This document shows positions 25,575 through 38,700 of a stretch of DNA of 64,000 nt, in pieces; within the stretch, counting starts at the first letter, position 1; each line of letters begins with the position of its first letter. Position numbers and translations under genes: made by a program. The stretch is from the human T2T-CHM13v2.0 reference genome, Homo sapiens. The notes under the pieces are model-generated. The model did no database searches. It was not told where the DNA came from and saw only the letters and a list, made by a program, of their open reading frames with translations. The DNA lies in the NCBI RefSeq assembly GCF_009914755.1, contig NC_060942.1; one strand, 5' to 3'.

Positions 25575-26373
25575 AACATGCTTACAAGAGAACATGCTTC
25601 TCTACTCCCAACACAATGTGTGGTGTTTTTTTCCCCACACCAAGTAATTCTCCAATTCTCTGTGGACACCAGTTGGGCATCCCACAATTCAATTCAATTC
25701 TGACACTAATACCTGGATTTAGCACAGATCCCACAGGGTAAGGGTTTGGTCCCACAAGACTGCCTGTTACTTCAGATGCTAAGTCCAGGCCCCCTGTACT
25801 TCTGATCACCCAGCTATCGATTGGGGGTTCCCACAACCCCTATCCTAGGTTCAATAATTTGCCAGCACTGCTCACAAAACTTAGGGAAAGATTTACTTAT
25901 GTTTGCTGGTGTATGATAAAGAACATTATAAAAGATAAAGATGAATATTCAGATAAAGAGGTACATAGGACAGGGTCTGGAAGGATCCCAAGCACAGGAA
26001 CTTCTGTTTCTGTGGAGAAGGGGTGCACCAGCCTCCAGTACATGGAGACATTCACTAACCAGGATGCTCATCAAACCTAGTTATTCAAAAGTAACTAAAG
26101 AGCTTAATCTCGAGCTCCCTCTCTTTTCCTGGAATCACTGGGTGGAGCTGAAAGTTCTAACCTTGTAATCACTTGGTCTTTTTGACGACCATCCTAAGTC
26201 TATTTAGGAGGCCCACTCCAAGACACTTCGATAGCATGAAATCAGGTGTGATGGAAAGGGGCTTATAATGAATAACAAAAGACAGTCCTTTCACTCAGGA
26301 AATTCCATGGGTTTTATGAGTTCTGTGCCAAGAACCAGGGACAAAGCCCAAATACATGTTCTTTAACACCACA
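25575..26373 (-). mobile_element. MER21-family solo LTR (ERVL-type)
   Basis: caattcaattcaattctgacacta, gggggttcccacaacccc, tcactcaggaaattccatgggttttatgagttctgtgccaagaaccagggacaaagcccaaata...accaca terminus; left boundary approximate. Confidence 0.85.
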
Positions 26374-27418
26374 GTGTTATTCTACATGTAGTCAATAGTA
26401 GAAACTCTCAGTATTGACCTTCTCATCTGAACATGCCAGACAGTAAAGGGGTTGTCATCCACGGTAAGGCCAGACACTGTTTTCTTCTTTACATTTCTGT
26501 CTCTTGGGAATGTTGACTTTGGTCTTCACTCCTTTAGGCTTATAGCTCTCAGCTGCACCTTTCCAGCCCTTTGCACTGGACTAACACTTCTGTGTATTGG
26601 GTTTTCCTTCCTCCTACCCAACTTGAAGCCTGATTACTTCTATTCAAAAACTACAGTATGGAGGACAGGTAGTCCTGTCTTGCCATCTGGTGATAATGGA
26701 GGCTCACTGGTGTTACTGATCTGACCTACTGCAGCAAGTTCAGGTTTTGCAGGCAGGCTCAATGGAGGAGAGGTAGACTGCACTGAAATCCTTTGAGTAA
26801 GTCTGGAATCCCATGCTAGGTGGGCCCCTTCCACTCCCATTCCATCATCAACACTTGCAACAGCCACTTGGAAACACCGTAGGTCTGGTTCAATTCGCTT
26901 AGTACTAAACTTTCTTCTGACCCATACAAAAATGCTAAAAATATAAACATCAATTAAAGACTCTCCTGTTTTTCAGGTGTTGTCAGTTCAGGGGGAAAGG
27001 TACTTCTTGATGATAAGACTTTGTAATGTTTTCTAAAGTAGTTTTAGTCACTAACTTATTCAGTGAAGACTGATCAAACTACTGCTACGTTCAAGGGATC
27101 TTGCTATGTATTAGCAGGGAATCTGGGGAGTAGAGTGTGTGCTGGGAAAAGGGGGAACACGGCAAACATGGCTTGTAAGAGCTAATAAATACAAGAAAAA
27201 CTGGAATAAATGTTAGAAATCTGATAAAGAGAGAATTGATTTTGATGCAAAAGATTCTAAAAAAATGTTTATGGATGTGCTGGCCCTTAGGGCTGAATCT
27301 TGAATTATGAGTAGGAACGAGATGTTCAAAGGGAAGAGAAAAGCATTCCAGCTTAAGTGAAATATGTGAGAAGTTTAAAAGCAAGAACATCTGGGGTGTT
27401 ACTTAGATATTGAGGAAG

Positions 27419-27614
27419 CTAGTGGTGTACTGGAACCAGCTCCTATCAGTTCACAAGACTTAACAGTGCACCTCTCTTCTGGCTTGGCATTCAGTGACAG
27501 CACTTTGGTAGCTTGAAAACAGACTTGGTGGAGTATTTACACCACAGAAATTGCCAAATACTGCAAATCAGGGCTTCCCCTCAACGTGAGAACCAGTTGT
27601 TAAACACAAGCACA
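27419..27614 (+). mobile_element. MER63A hAT-Blackjack MITE
   Basis: agtggtgtactggaaccagctc...ttggtagcttgaaa...ggagtatttacaccacagaaattg...aaatcagggctt...agttgttaaaca. Confidence 0.82.
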
Positions 27615-28365
27615 GGCTTGGCTAGAGTGCCCTTTTCCTCAAAGAATCTCTTAGATAAGACTGTTCTTTCTGCCATTTATGAAATGGGCACACTTTGGTT
27701 TGGTTAGTATAGATGATTTGCAAAGTATCGCGTAACTATGTGTGGAAGCAGACCGAAAGCACATGTAAATAGCATTCTGTAGGACTTCAATGCCAAAGAG
27801 CTTTGTGATTCTGTGTATGTAGCACAATTACAGGAGCCAGAGAAAAAGGACATCAGTCCTAAGACTGTTAGTGGCTGTGCCAAAATCTTTTCATCACAAG
27901 CGTCTTTTCACACACATGCACTTGAGACTAGATTGTGTGCCCAATCTGAGGTCTATTATTACTTTTACTAGAGTTGAGGGAAAGGGGATGAGAAATAAGA
28001 AAAAATAAACTTGAAAATTACAGCCTTAAGGGCAAAAATAAGGAAATTTTAAGAGAAAAAAATGTGTGAAGATTAACTTCAAGACCACAATAAAAGAAAC
28101 ACCTTGGGCTCTGAGGGCCCTTTATCATGCAATTTTGCCAGCGTTTCTAGGTTCAATATTCTGAAAAGGGTGGACGTTTCAGTGGTTGCTCTGGAAGCAT
28201 TATTTTCTGATTCTGTATCTTTGCTAAGGGTTTCATATGCAATCCCCCTTCCCCCATGCAGAAAAATGCACATTTCTATTTCTACAACAAATATCCATGT
28301 ACTTCTAGTGCATTAGAAATCTCCTTAAAATACGCAGAAGAACTGTAACTAAAGATTAACTTTAT

Positions 28366-28687
<322 letters not shown>

Positions 28688-28702
28688 TTAATGAGATTAT
28701 AT

Positions 28703-29900
<1,198 letters not shown>

Positions 29901-29929
29901 TGATAAATAAACAGGTTGTCTGGTATATA

Positions 29930-30100
29930 GTTTTTATTTATTCAACAAAAATATATTTGAGAGCCTAGTGTGTGGCAGATGTTGATTTAAAAACTGAAAA
30001 TACAATAGCAAACAGAGTTTTTCATGTAGCTGACATTCCTAGCAGAGACAAACAATAAACACATGTGACAGTGCCAGGGAGAAAGTACCATTGAACAGCA
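29930..30100 (-). mobile_element. L2 3' end remnant
   Basis: tttatttattcaacaaaaatatatttgagagcctagtgtgtggcagatgttg. Confidence 0.55.
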
Positions 30101-30424
30101 AAGTGACAAAATACTTGTTGTCTGTTTCATGTTTATGAAATAGAAGATACCTCTTATTCATTCAAACAAGAAATCTACTTTTTTATTTTGACTTTAAAAA
30201 TACAAGAAGTACAAAGAACAATGTAACAGATACCAAAAGTCTTCCTACCCTAAATTATTAAAAGCATATTGCTTTCATTCTTTTTTTATGAAAAGAAAAA
30301 GCTAAAATCCCCATGGAAGATCATCACCTCCTACCTTTCCCTCCCTGACTTCAGGCAACCACTATCAATAATTTTCTATACTTTTACATGTATGTATTTA
30401 TTAGAAAGCTGTGCATTTTTAAAA

Positions 30425-30751
30425 ATTTGTATTTATATATTTATTTTTTGAGAGTAGGTGTCGCTCTGTTGGCCAAGCTGGAGTGCAGTGGTACAAACAT
30501 GGCTCACTGCAGCCTTGAGCTCTTGGGCTTAAGTGATGCTCCTCCCTCAGTCTCCTGAGTAGACCACAGACCTCAGTCTTCTGGTGCCACAGATGTGGGC
30601 CACCACACTTGGATTTCTAAAAAACAATTTTTGTAGAGATAGGGTCTCACCATGTTGCCCAGGCTAGTCTCAAACCCCTGGGCTCAAGCGATCCTCCTGC
30701 CTTGTCCTCCCAAAGTGCTGGAATTATAGATCTGAGCCACCACACTTAGCC
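30425..30751 (-). mobile_element. AluJ
   Basis: catggctcactgcagccttga, ggctcaagcgatcctcctgcc; TSD t(g/a)tgcatttttaaaa at ~30410 and ~30752. Confidence 0.9.
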
Positions 30752-31978
30752 TATGCATTTTTAAAATCTTTTTTTTTTTTTTTGCAGATGAGTAAATATT
30801 GCATTATTTTATTCTACTTCTTAAATGTATGTGTTTGAAGTCTACTCCTTTTTATCTATTGTGTAATATTGCATCATATTATATAGTATGTTATTAATCT
30901 ACATCCTAAATAATAAAGCAAGTTTAAACAAAGTGAGTATATTTTTAAAATATTTAAGATGAATATATTCATTTCAACAGCATTCCACAAGTGCTTATGG
31001 GAATATCTTGTCACAGCCCCAGCCCTTAGGTGGCATGAACTACAAAGAGGAGTTAGCCTCAGTAATGGACTTTAAGGAGCAATATATATAAACACCAGCT
31101 ACCATGTTACACAGGGCAGAAGGACTGATAAGAGGGGAAGAAATTAACTGGTTTAGAATTTGCAGAACATAAGTGGGAGGATATGTAAAGCCTTTCAAAG
31201 AAAGGAGTATAAAAAACAGTGCAGTAGGAAATTGGAAGAGAAAGCCACAGTATCAGCAAACCAGGTTGGAAAGTGCAACGCAACTTGAGGAAAGAGAAAG
31301 TTCCCATTGACTCAAGGAAAGAGACTTAGGCTACTTACAATTTGAAACTGCAGATGAGACAAGAACTAGGCGGTCTTGACACACCAGGCTTAGGCTTCTA
31401 CCTAATCCATCAGTCAATGGAGAGTTTTTATCCCTGTAGTAATATGCTCGTTGCCCAAGGAAGAAAAGCCATCAAAGTAAGGGAGGAGGGAGCTGACAGC
31501 ATCCACACTGAGGCACAGTGGAACATGCCCATGGGCACTTGGAGACTAGGTTGCTGTGTGCTGAGTGAGAACAGATTTCTGACCTCGTCAAAGATATACC
31601 TCTCGTCTCCCTCCAAGTGCAAAGAACAAAAATTTCAGCCACTCCCTGATCCTTTTCTTGCAAGAACCCAGCAAGAGTATTTTATTTCTATGGATTTTTT
31701 TTCAATACAGTCATTGGAATTCCTTCAATAACTTCAAGGAATCAAACGAGTCATGCTCTTTTTAAGACAAGGTCACAGAAAGTTGAGCATGACTCTAATA
31801 ACATGGGACAGTAGAACAAAGAGGTTTCCGTGGCTCTGCCTGGATTTCACACGGGCCCATTGGAATGTTCAGTCTCAGTGTGCTTTGGCCTCCTGGCTAT
31901 GGCTATCTTGTTCCTCTTTTATGTGCTCCCATTAGTGAGCGACAGGGAATCAGAGTACATTACAACAGGACTGCAATA

Positions 31979-31980
<2 letters not shown>

Positions 31981-32022
<42 letters not shown>
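31981..32022. repeat. (GT)21 microsatellite
   Basis: Perfect dinucleotide run. Confidence 0.97.
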
Positions 32023-32028
<6 letters not shown>

Positions 32029-32266
32029 AGGAGGAGTGGTTTGATTAGAGGATGGAGTAAATATTTGTGGTGGGAAAATCCTCATCAGTTTCTTTCTTGC
32101 CTTCATCAGGGGACTGGTTATGGGGACATAGGCAGAGGAGCTTTCGTGGGTCTGGAATACACAAGTATCCAGAGCTTTCCCCCACCAGGAGCTTGCTTAG
32201 GTTCTGAGGACACAGAGAATAACAAAACAGGAAAAGAATGATGCAGGGGAAAGGGTATATCAATTA

Positions 32267-32801
32267 CTGTATTTCCTTACTTCTAAAGCACACTTTTTTC
32301 CCCATATTTTACTGTCTTTGAACATGGTAGTCACTGTTGGGCTGACAGAAGTTGTGACATAATTATCATTGCCTGCACAAAAGCACAAAACCTTGCTGAT
32401 GGATTTCAGAGATTAGGAAGAAAATCCCAGATACAATAGGAAGTATTCTTTTAAAGGCATATTGTATCACAGACATTTTTGATGGCATGAAAGGTAAAAT
32501 TATATGGGAAAACCACAGATATTTGTAACTCTGACTCAAAAAGTGACTAAAAGGAGTAAGAGTCTGAGTTTTAAAGATTAGAAATAATTCACTCATATTT
32601 TTGCTTATATTATCCTTTTTATGTATGACCAGGTGATATGTGATAGGAGATTTATGTTTTAAAAAGTCTAAGAGGCTTCTTTCCATAGCATAAACTAAAA
32701 ATTCTATGTGGCAAGAAATAATTGCACCATGTTTGAATTATTGATCTTAGTAATCCATCTTAAATCAATGCTTTAAATATAATTACATCGATGAATAATT
32801 G
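32267..32801 (+). mobile_element. Kanga1/MER104-like TcMar-Tc2 DNA transposon remnant
   Basis: TA + ctgtatttccttacttctaaagcacactttttt resembles the recalled Kanga/MER104 TIR; internal KAYCITDIFDGMKGKIIWEN resembles the Tc2/pogo transposase C-terminal motif; right end tcgatgaataattg. Confidence 0.55.
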
Positions 32802-33669
32802 CTACACAATCTGATAAATGCTATAATTGAGGTATGCACAAAGGACTGTGGAAGTGTTGAGCTTCTGAGAGTTCAAACTTTGCCAGAGGAGAGGACATAA
32901 AATCTAAGGAGTTTTAGCATGAGTAGGAGTTTTCTAGGTAGGAAAGAACATTCCAAACAAAGGTTGAAATTTTGACTTTCTGATCATTTAGTTTTTAACT
33001 TCTTTCCCCTCCGCCAGTTGTTCCAGGTCCTTCACCTCAACTCTTATTAGAAAAAGGGTGCTGATTATTAATTTATGCCTCTCAGCCTAACACTAAAGAT
33101 TCTAAGTAGCTTTGCTTCACTTTTGTTGCCCAGTGGACCATATGCAGTAGTGAGTTTTAATCTTCTTGCATCTTAATTCATCTCCTTTAAGGTTTAGAGC
33201 TCCAAGCCTTTGTATTTATTCTTTCTTGGTGATCAAATCTAAACTGCATTTTTAAAGAGATGCATTTATGTTACCATTTTTCCTAGCTTATTTATACAGG
33301 ACTCCTCCTGCTAGATGAATTATTCCTTCATTTTATCAAAAGCTAAGGGAACACCCTTATTTGGAAACCTTAAAAGTAGTACCAGGTTGCACCATTAAGG
33401 TACCCAATTCCTCACATATTGCCAATAGAAAAGCACTTATTAATTCTTGCTAATGAAGCCCTTGATAGGTATTGTGGCCTGGAAAAACATACAGTTTGGT
33501 TATGGAGAAAATATCTAATTGCAAGAGCAGTAATGAAACACTACAGGTGGGAGGGTGGGGGGCTAATACAAGTGCTTAGCTTAGTGATCGCTGGAACCAC
33601 TATAAGACCATTACCATTGAACAAGATAATTGCAGCACAGAAATGGGGAGGAAAGCATTCCCTTATACC

Positions 33670-34042
33670 TGTATTCATTTTCTAGGGCTGCTATAACAAT
33701 ACCACAGATTGGGTGGCTTAAACAACAGACATTTATTGTCTTACAGTTCTGGAGGCTGACATCCAACTCAAGGTATCAGCAGGTTTAGTTTCTTCTGAGG
33801 CCTCTCTTTGGCTTATGGATGGCTACCTTCCTCACAGGGCCTTTTTGTGTGTTCATATCTGTGTGTCCAAATTTTCTCTTCTTCTAAAGACACTGGAAAG
33901 ATTGGATTAAGGCTCACCCAAAAAAGTTAAGGGCTTTGCTTTAACTTAATCACAACTTTAAAGACCTTATATCCTAGGTACTGGGGGTTAGGACTTCAGT
34001 ATATGGATTTTGGTGGGGGGATATACAACTAAGGCTTTAACA
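33670..34042 (-). mobile_element. MLT1B-like MaLR solo LTR
   Basis: tgtattcattttctagggctgctataacaataccacagattgggtggcttaaacaacag...ggtactgggggttaggacttca...taaca. Confidence 0.85.
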
Positions 34043-35232
34043 TACCCCCTCTTCCCTGTAGGGTTAAATTTGGAAACTGAGTTGCAGGAGACCCCAAGCT
34101 TGAACTCCAGGCATGATAGTTCCTTCAATAACTTGAAAATGCTCCATGTTTCTTCAAAATTAAGGACCTCTCTCTTCTACCTGCTTCACTCAACTGCTTT
34201 TATTGTTTATCTACTGTTGCTATAAGCATAAACCACCCAGCTTTAAATCCTCTGTGCATTACTACAAAAATAAATTTGCCCATGCTGAATTGTGGAACTG
34301 AAGTGTTTCCAAAGGTGAATGTACCAAAGTGGATGGTTGAAACTGCACCTTTTTACATTAACCCATTAATCACCTTCACCTTTAAACAGTCATTCTGCCT
34401 TTATTTATGTATTTTTTTTTAAGAGAGAAGAGGGGAACAACATAGACCCAGCACAGTAAATTAAAGTTCATTCAAGCACAGTTGTTGTTGATGAACAACG
34501 CAGTTCTGCTTGGTTGAAACAAGACACAAGGGGCTTGTTAAGCCTACTAAGTCACAGGTGAACATTGAGGGTCAGGCAGTCTTAAGAGAAGGTGAAACCT
34601 TTCTTATTTAATACTTTGACAAATTAATAATCGAGCCATAGAGTTTCTTACTTTCATTGAAAATGGCGGTCTCTAAGTGTAATCTTTGAAACAAAAAGAG
34701 ATTAAGTCTTTTTGTGCCTGGCACTTGTGACCTTGGACAAATGGACAAATAGCTTCTGCAGCTAATTAATTCAAGAATTTAATTCAGTGTCTTCTCTGAG
34801 CCATGGAAGGAATGATATGGATATTGTTTTACTTTGCCTATTACTGAAAACCTTCAAGATAGAAAAATGCCCATTTTTATTTAATGTGGTGTTGAAAATG
34901 GCCTATAAAATCCACTTTTTATATGCAGATTAAATAAGTAATGATATTTTAAAGGACATAGGCAGTTGTATTACAAATAAAAGCCATAAAATTTTTCTCC
35001 AATAGAAGCATAATAAAATTATCTAGATTCTACCTTGGAGGAAAATTTAAAAAATAGTTAATCCATTAAAAACAAACAAACAAGACACAAATTTCTTCAA
35101 GAGGTTACCATAATGTGCTTTTACTTGGTTAGTTAGATGCCAATACAGTTAGACTGTATTCCTGAGATCCCTTGGATAGCTAATGAATTGCCAATGCTCA
35201 GCAGACATCCCCCCGCCTGCCCTCTCCATTAA

Positions 35233-35278
<46 letters not shown>

Positions 35279-35422
35279 GTGCGTATATATATATGTGTGT
35301 ATATATATGTATATATGTGTGTATATATATGTATATATGTGTATATATATGTGTATATATATGTGTGTGTGTGTATATATATATACATATATATAACATA
35401 TATATGTATATATATAGTGTGT
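35233..35422. repeat. Compound (TG)n/(TA)n alternating purine-pyrimidine tract
   Basis: Read directly. Confidence 0.95.
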
Positions 35423-35427
35423 ATTGA

Positions 35428-35791
35428 TGCTATGGTCTAAATGTTTGTGTTCCACCAAAATTCATATGTCGAAATCCTAACCCCCAAAGTGATGGTGTTA
35501 GGAGATGGGACCTTTGAGATATGATTAGTTCACTGTGGGCACAGTCTTCATGAATATGATTCGTGCCCTTATAGCAGAGACCTCAGAGACCTCCCTCACT
35601 TCTCCAGCCATGTGACATCACAATGAATACATGACTATCTATGAACTGGAAAATGGGCCCTCACCAGACATTCAATCCGCCACCACCTTGAACTTGGACT
35701 TCCCAGCTTCCAAACTGTAGGAAATAAATTTTTGTTGTTTATAAGCCACTCAGTCTATGGTATCTTGTTATAACCCAAATGGACTAAGACA
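35428..35791 (+). mobile_element. MLT1A0-like MaLR solo LTR
   Basis: tgctatggtctaaatgtttgtgt...aataaatttttgttgtttataagccac...ggactaagaca; perfect 5-bp TSD ATTGA at 35423-35427 and 35792-35796. Confidence 0.9.
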
Positions 35792-38700
35792 ATTGATAAA
35801 TATATGTGAATAGATTGCATTCTACTTACATGTTGCCCATCACATATTATGTGACATGTGAAGAAAAAGAGAAGTGGGAAGTGGTATCCCATGCTACGCT
35901 CTAACTTGGCCAACAGTGAGACTTGCCACAGTGCTAGGCTCAAGGGACATGCTTGGTGAAATCTTTTGGGTAAGATCATAGTGTAGAGCACTCCAGGGCC
36001 TTGACTTTAATGGTCTGTTGTTTTCTTTTTTTGTTTGTTTGTTTTTAATTCTTGTTTTCAATTATAAGCACTACCATTAACTCCATGGGTTTCCCAGGAA
36101 GACTGTATCTGAGAGTGGCATTCTAAATACAAATATATCCTTACTGCTAGAAAAAAAAGTCAAAACATATGTCCCCACCCAGATGGGTCAGAAATGTCGC
36201 CTTCAGATCTCTTGGACAGCATGCTGTCCTATTGTGACTCTTTTCTGGGGAGCTTCATTGAGAAACTCTTTATTCTATGTCCATCATGTTTAGAGAAGGG
36301 GAAATGTGATAACATTAGAGTTTATTATTTTCCCTTATGTAGTGATAGAGACACTGCAATATACAAGATTAAAGTGAGTGACCCAGTATTGTGCGGCAAG
36401 ATTGAGTCTGTGCTGAGACAAAAACCAAGCTGTTCTCTAAGCTCCGCACTTGATTCACTGAGCCACACTATCTCTGTGATGTTCCCCATAGTGTGTGTGA
36501 AGCAAGTGCCAAATGCAGTTTCTCAGTCTGCACGAATGCTCCAATTGGCTGCATCTCTTCCCCTCCTGGCTGCTTTTGGTAGAGGATTGCTGATGGAAAT
36601 TGTGCTGCTGAGCTTCGCCACATGGCTGTGGCTACATTTCGCCAGTGTTAGCTGGAAGAATTTCCCGGGATTCTAAACTAGAAAGAATTTGCTGAGGGGC
36701 CCCTTAGGAGAGGGTCAAGGTTTCCTAAGTGCAGGTGATCACTGTATTATATTAATAGTCGAGATTTTATTTTAACCAGCAGGGCTCCAGCCATTCTTGT
36801 GGATCCCTGCAATGTGGTTGAAGTGATGTTAAGTTTTCTCTCACTGCAGTCTTCCTGTCTGCTTCAAACAGATCTGATTCACTTAGGGCCAAGTTTCAGG
36901 GTGTTAAAGACAGCTGGGTTGGTGTACATGGCACTGAGAAGCCAAGAGATGCACGTCCTAATCCCATGTTGTCTGGAGAGAGACTGCACCATAATTATAT
37001 GTCTATACACCTATTTCTGCATGGGACTGTGAAAACCTCATGGATGGGGAGAGTATTTTCTCCCTCTTTTTCCTTAGTGCTAGCATTTTACTAGGCTCAT
37101 AAATATTATGTTTGATAAATTAGATTATATTGGCTATAATCCTCTACATATCACTCAACCTCTCTGGATCTCAACTTTCATGGTAAAAGTGATACAGATG
37201 AACCGCGTTAATCACCACACTTCCAGTGTTATCATCTCATAATTCTACACTTTTGATTCTCTTTGCCTGGAGGAGTTTCTGGTTTTGTTCTTAGCTAATT
37301 AAGAGCCAGACCTAGATATTCCTCCCACTTAGTTGTTTTATAAGGAGGAGTGCAAACTCGCTCACCATTGACTTCCTATGTTTATGACACGATTAGTTTG
37401 ATTTTGGATTATCTATCACAAATGAAGGGAAAGCTGAGTAATTTTTAATGTCACAAAACATATTTATGGGTGAGGTGGGGAGTGTTAATCCAGTTGAGAC
37501 ACCAGTTATATGTTCAGCCAACTGCAAGACCTCTCTGATAGGTAGAAAACATGACAAATTTCATTCCTAGCATTTTGATTTGATTTCTGATTAATTCTCA
37601 AAACATCCAAATCATAAAAGTCATTGGTTTATTTTTTAAAATAAATGATCAAATAGCCAAATTTTTATATACAGGTCTTTTTTATTTTTACATAAAACTT
37701 TTAATCTAAATAAACCTGGGCACATTATGGGCCCCATTTACCTTCTTTGATTCAGAGACAGAAATGATCACACTTAGAGGCAAAATATTTTCAATTTGGG
37801 TCAGTGACCCAAAACTTGGCAATAATCTTTTACTATTCTTCTAGTTCTACACTATTCCAATATGTTATTTCTAATGAATCTGAGATATGATGAGATTAAA
37901 AGGTCATCCCTCATCACTTTATTCTATACATCTCCAAGTAAGCACCCTTCATTCCAAGACAAAAAACTGTAGCAGAGATTTTGTGTGTGTACAAATGTTA
38001 CAGCTTTTTCTGTATAGTAGTTGGGAATGGAAAATATTTAAAAAAAAATAGTCACCTGGATCATTCATTCTAGGGAAGACAAATAACTGCATCAGATTAT
38101 ATTTCTGTTGATATTTAAGTTTTCATGTGAAGTTTACAGTCTTGGAAATGACTTTCCTACAAAATGTTTTTACCTTTGATCCCAATGGAAGTTAAATCAG
38201 AATTTGTCATTCAATATAATTCATTACTTGCCCTTCAATAGTAGCTGAGTAGCTGCTGGTAAATTGAAAAGTTACCTTGATAATAATTTAAAAACTAAAA
38301 GAAAGTTACCTATAATGTTGTTCTAGCCTGTGGCAACCATCCACTTTTGATAAATGTTCCATCATTTTACCTTTTGCCCAGACCAGATTTATCTACCTTT
38401 CTCTACCACTAGAACAAGAAGGTAAAGCAGAAACAGATGGAACTCAGTACAATGTTCAGACAACAGTCAGATACTAGATTTATCCATGATGTAATTATAA
38501 ATTAATGAATTGATAGTCAAGGCTCAGAAATAAACCTCTCATTTGGGGAGTAAATGATAATCCAAAATACCATGACACTATCCTCCAGGATCCTACACAA
38601 AGCAAAGAAAGGGGACCAAGTAACCTAAATATATTATTGCCTGGAGGGAGTTGCTGATTACCTTCCCTAAACCAGGCCTTCCATCCAGGGACTTTAAGCT

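Noticed and set aside
35149-35458. YI/CV/HT-rich ORFs
   Set aside because: Translations of (TA/TG)n microsatellite.
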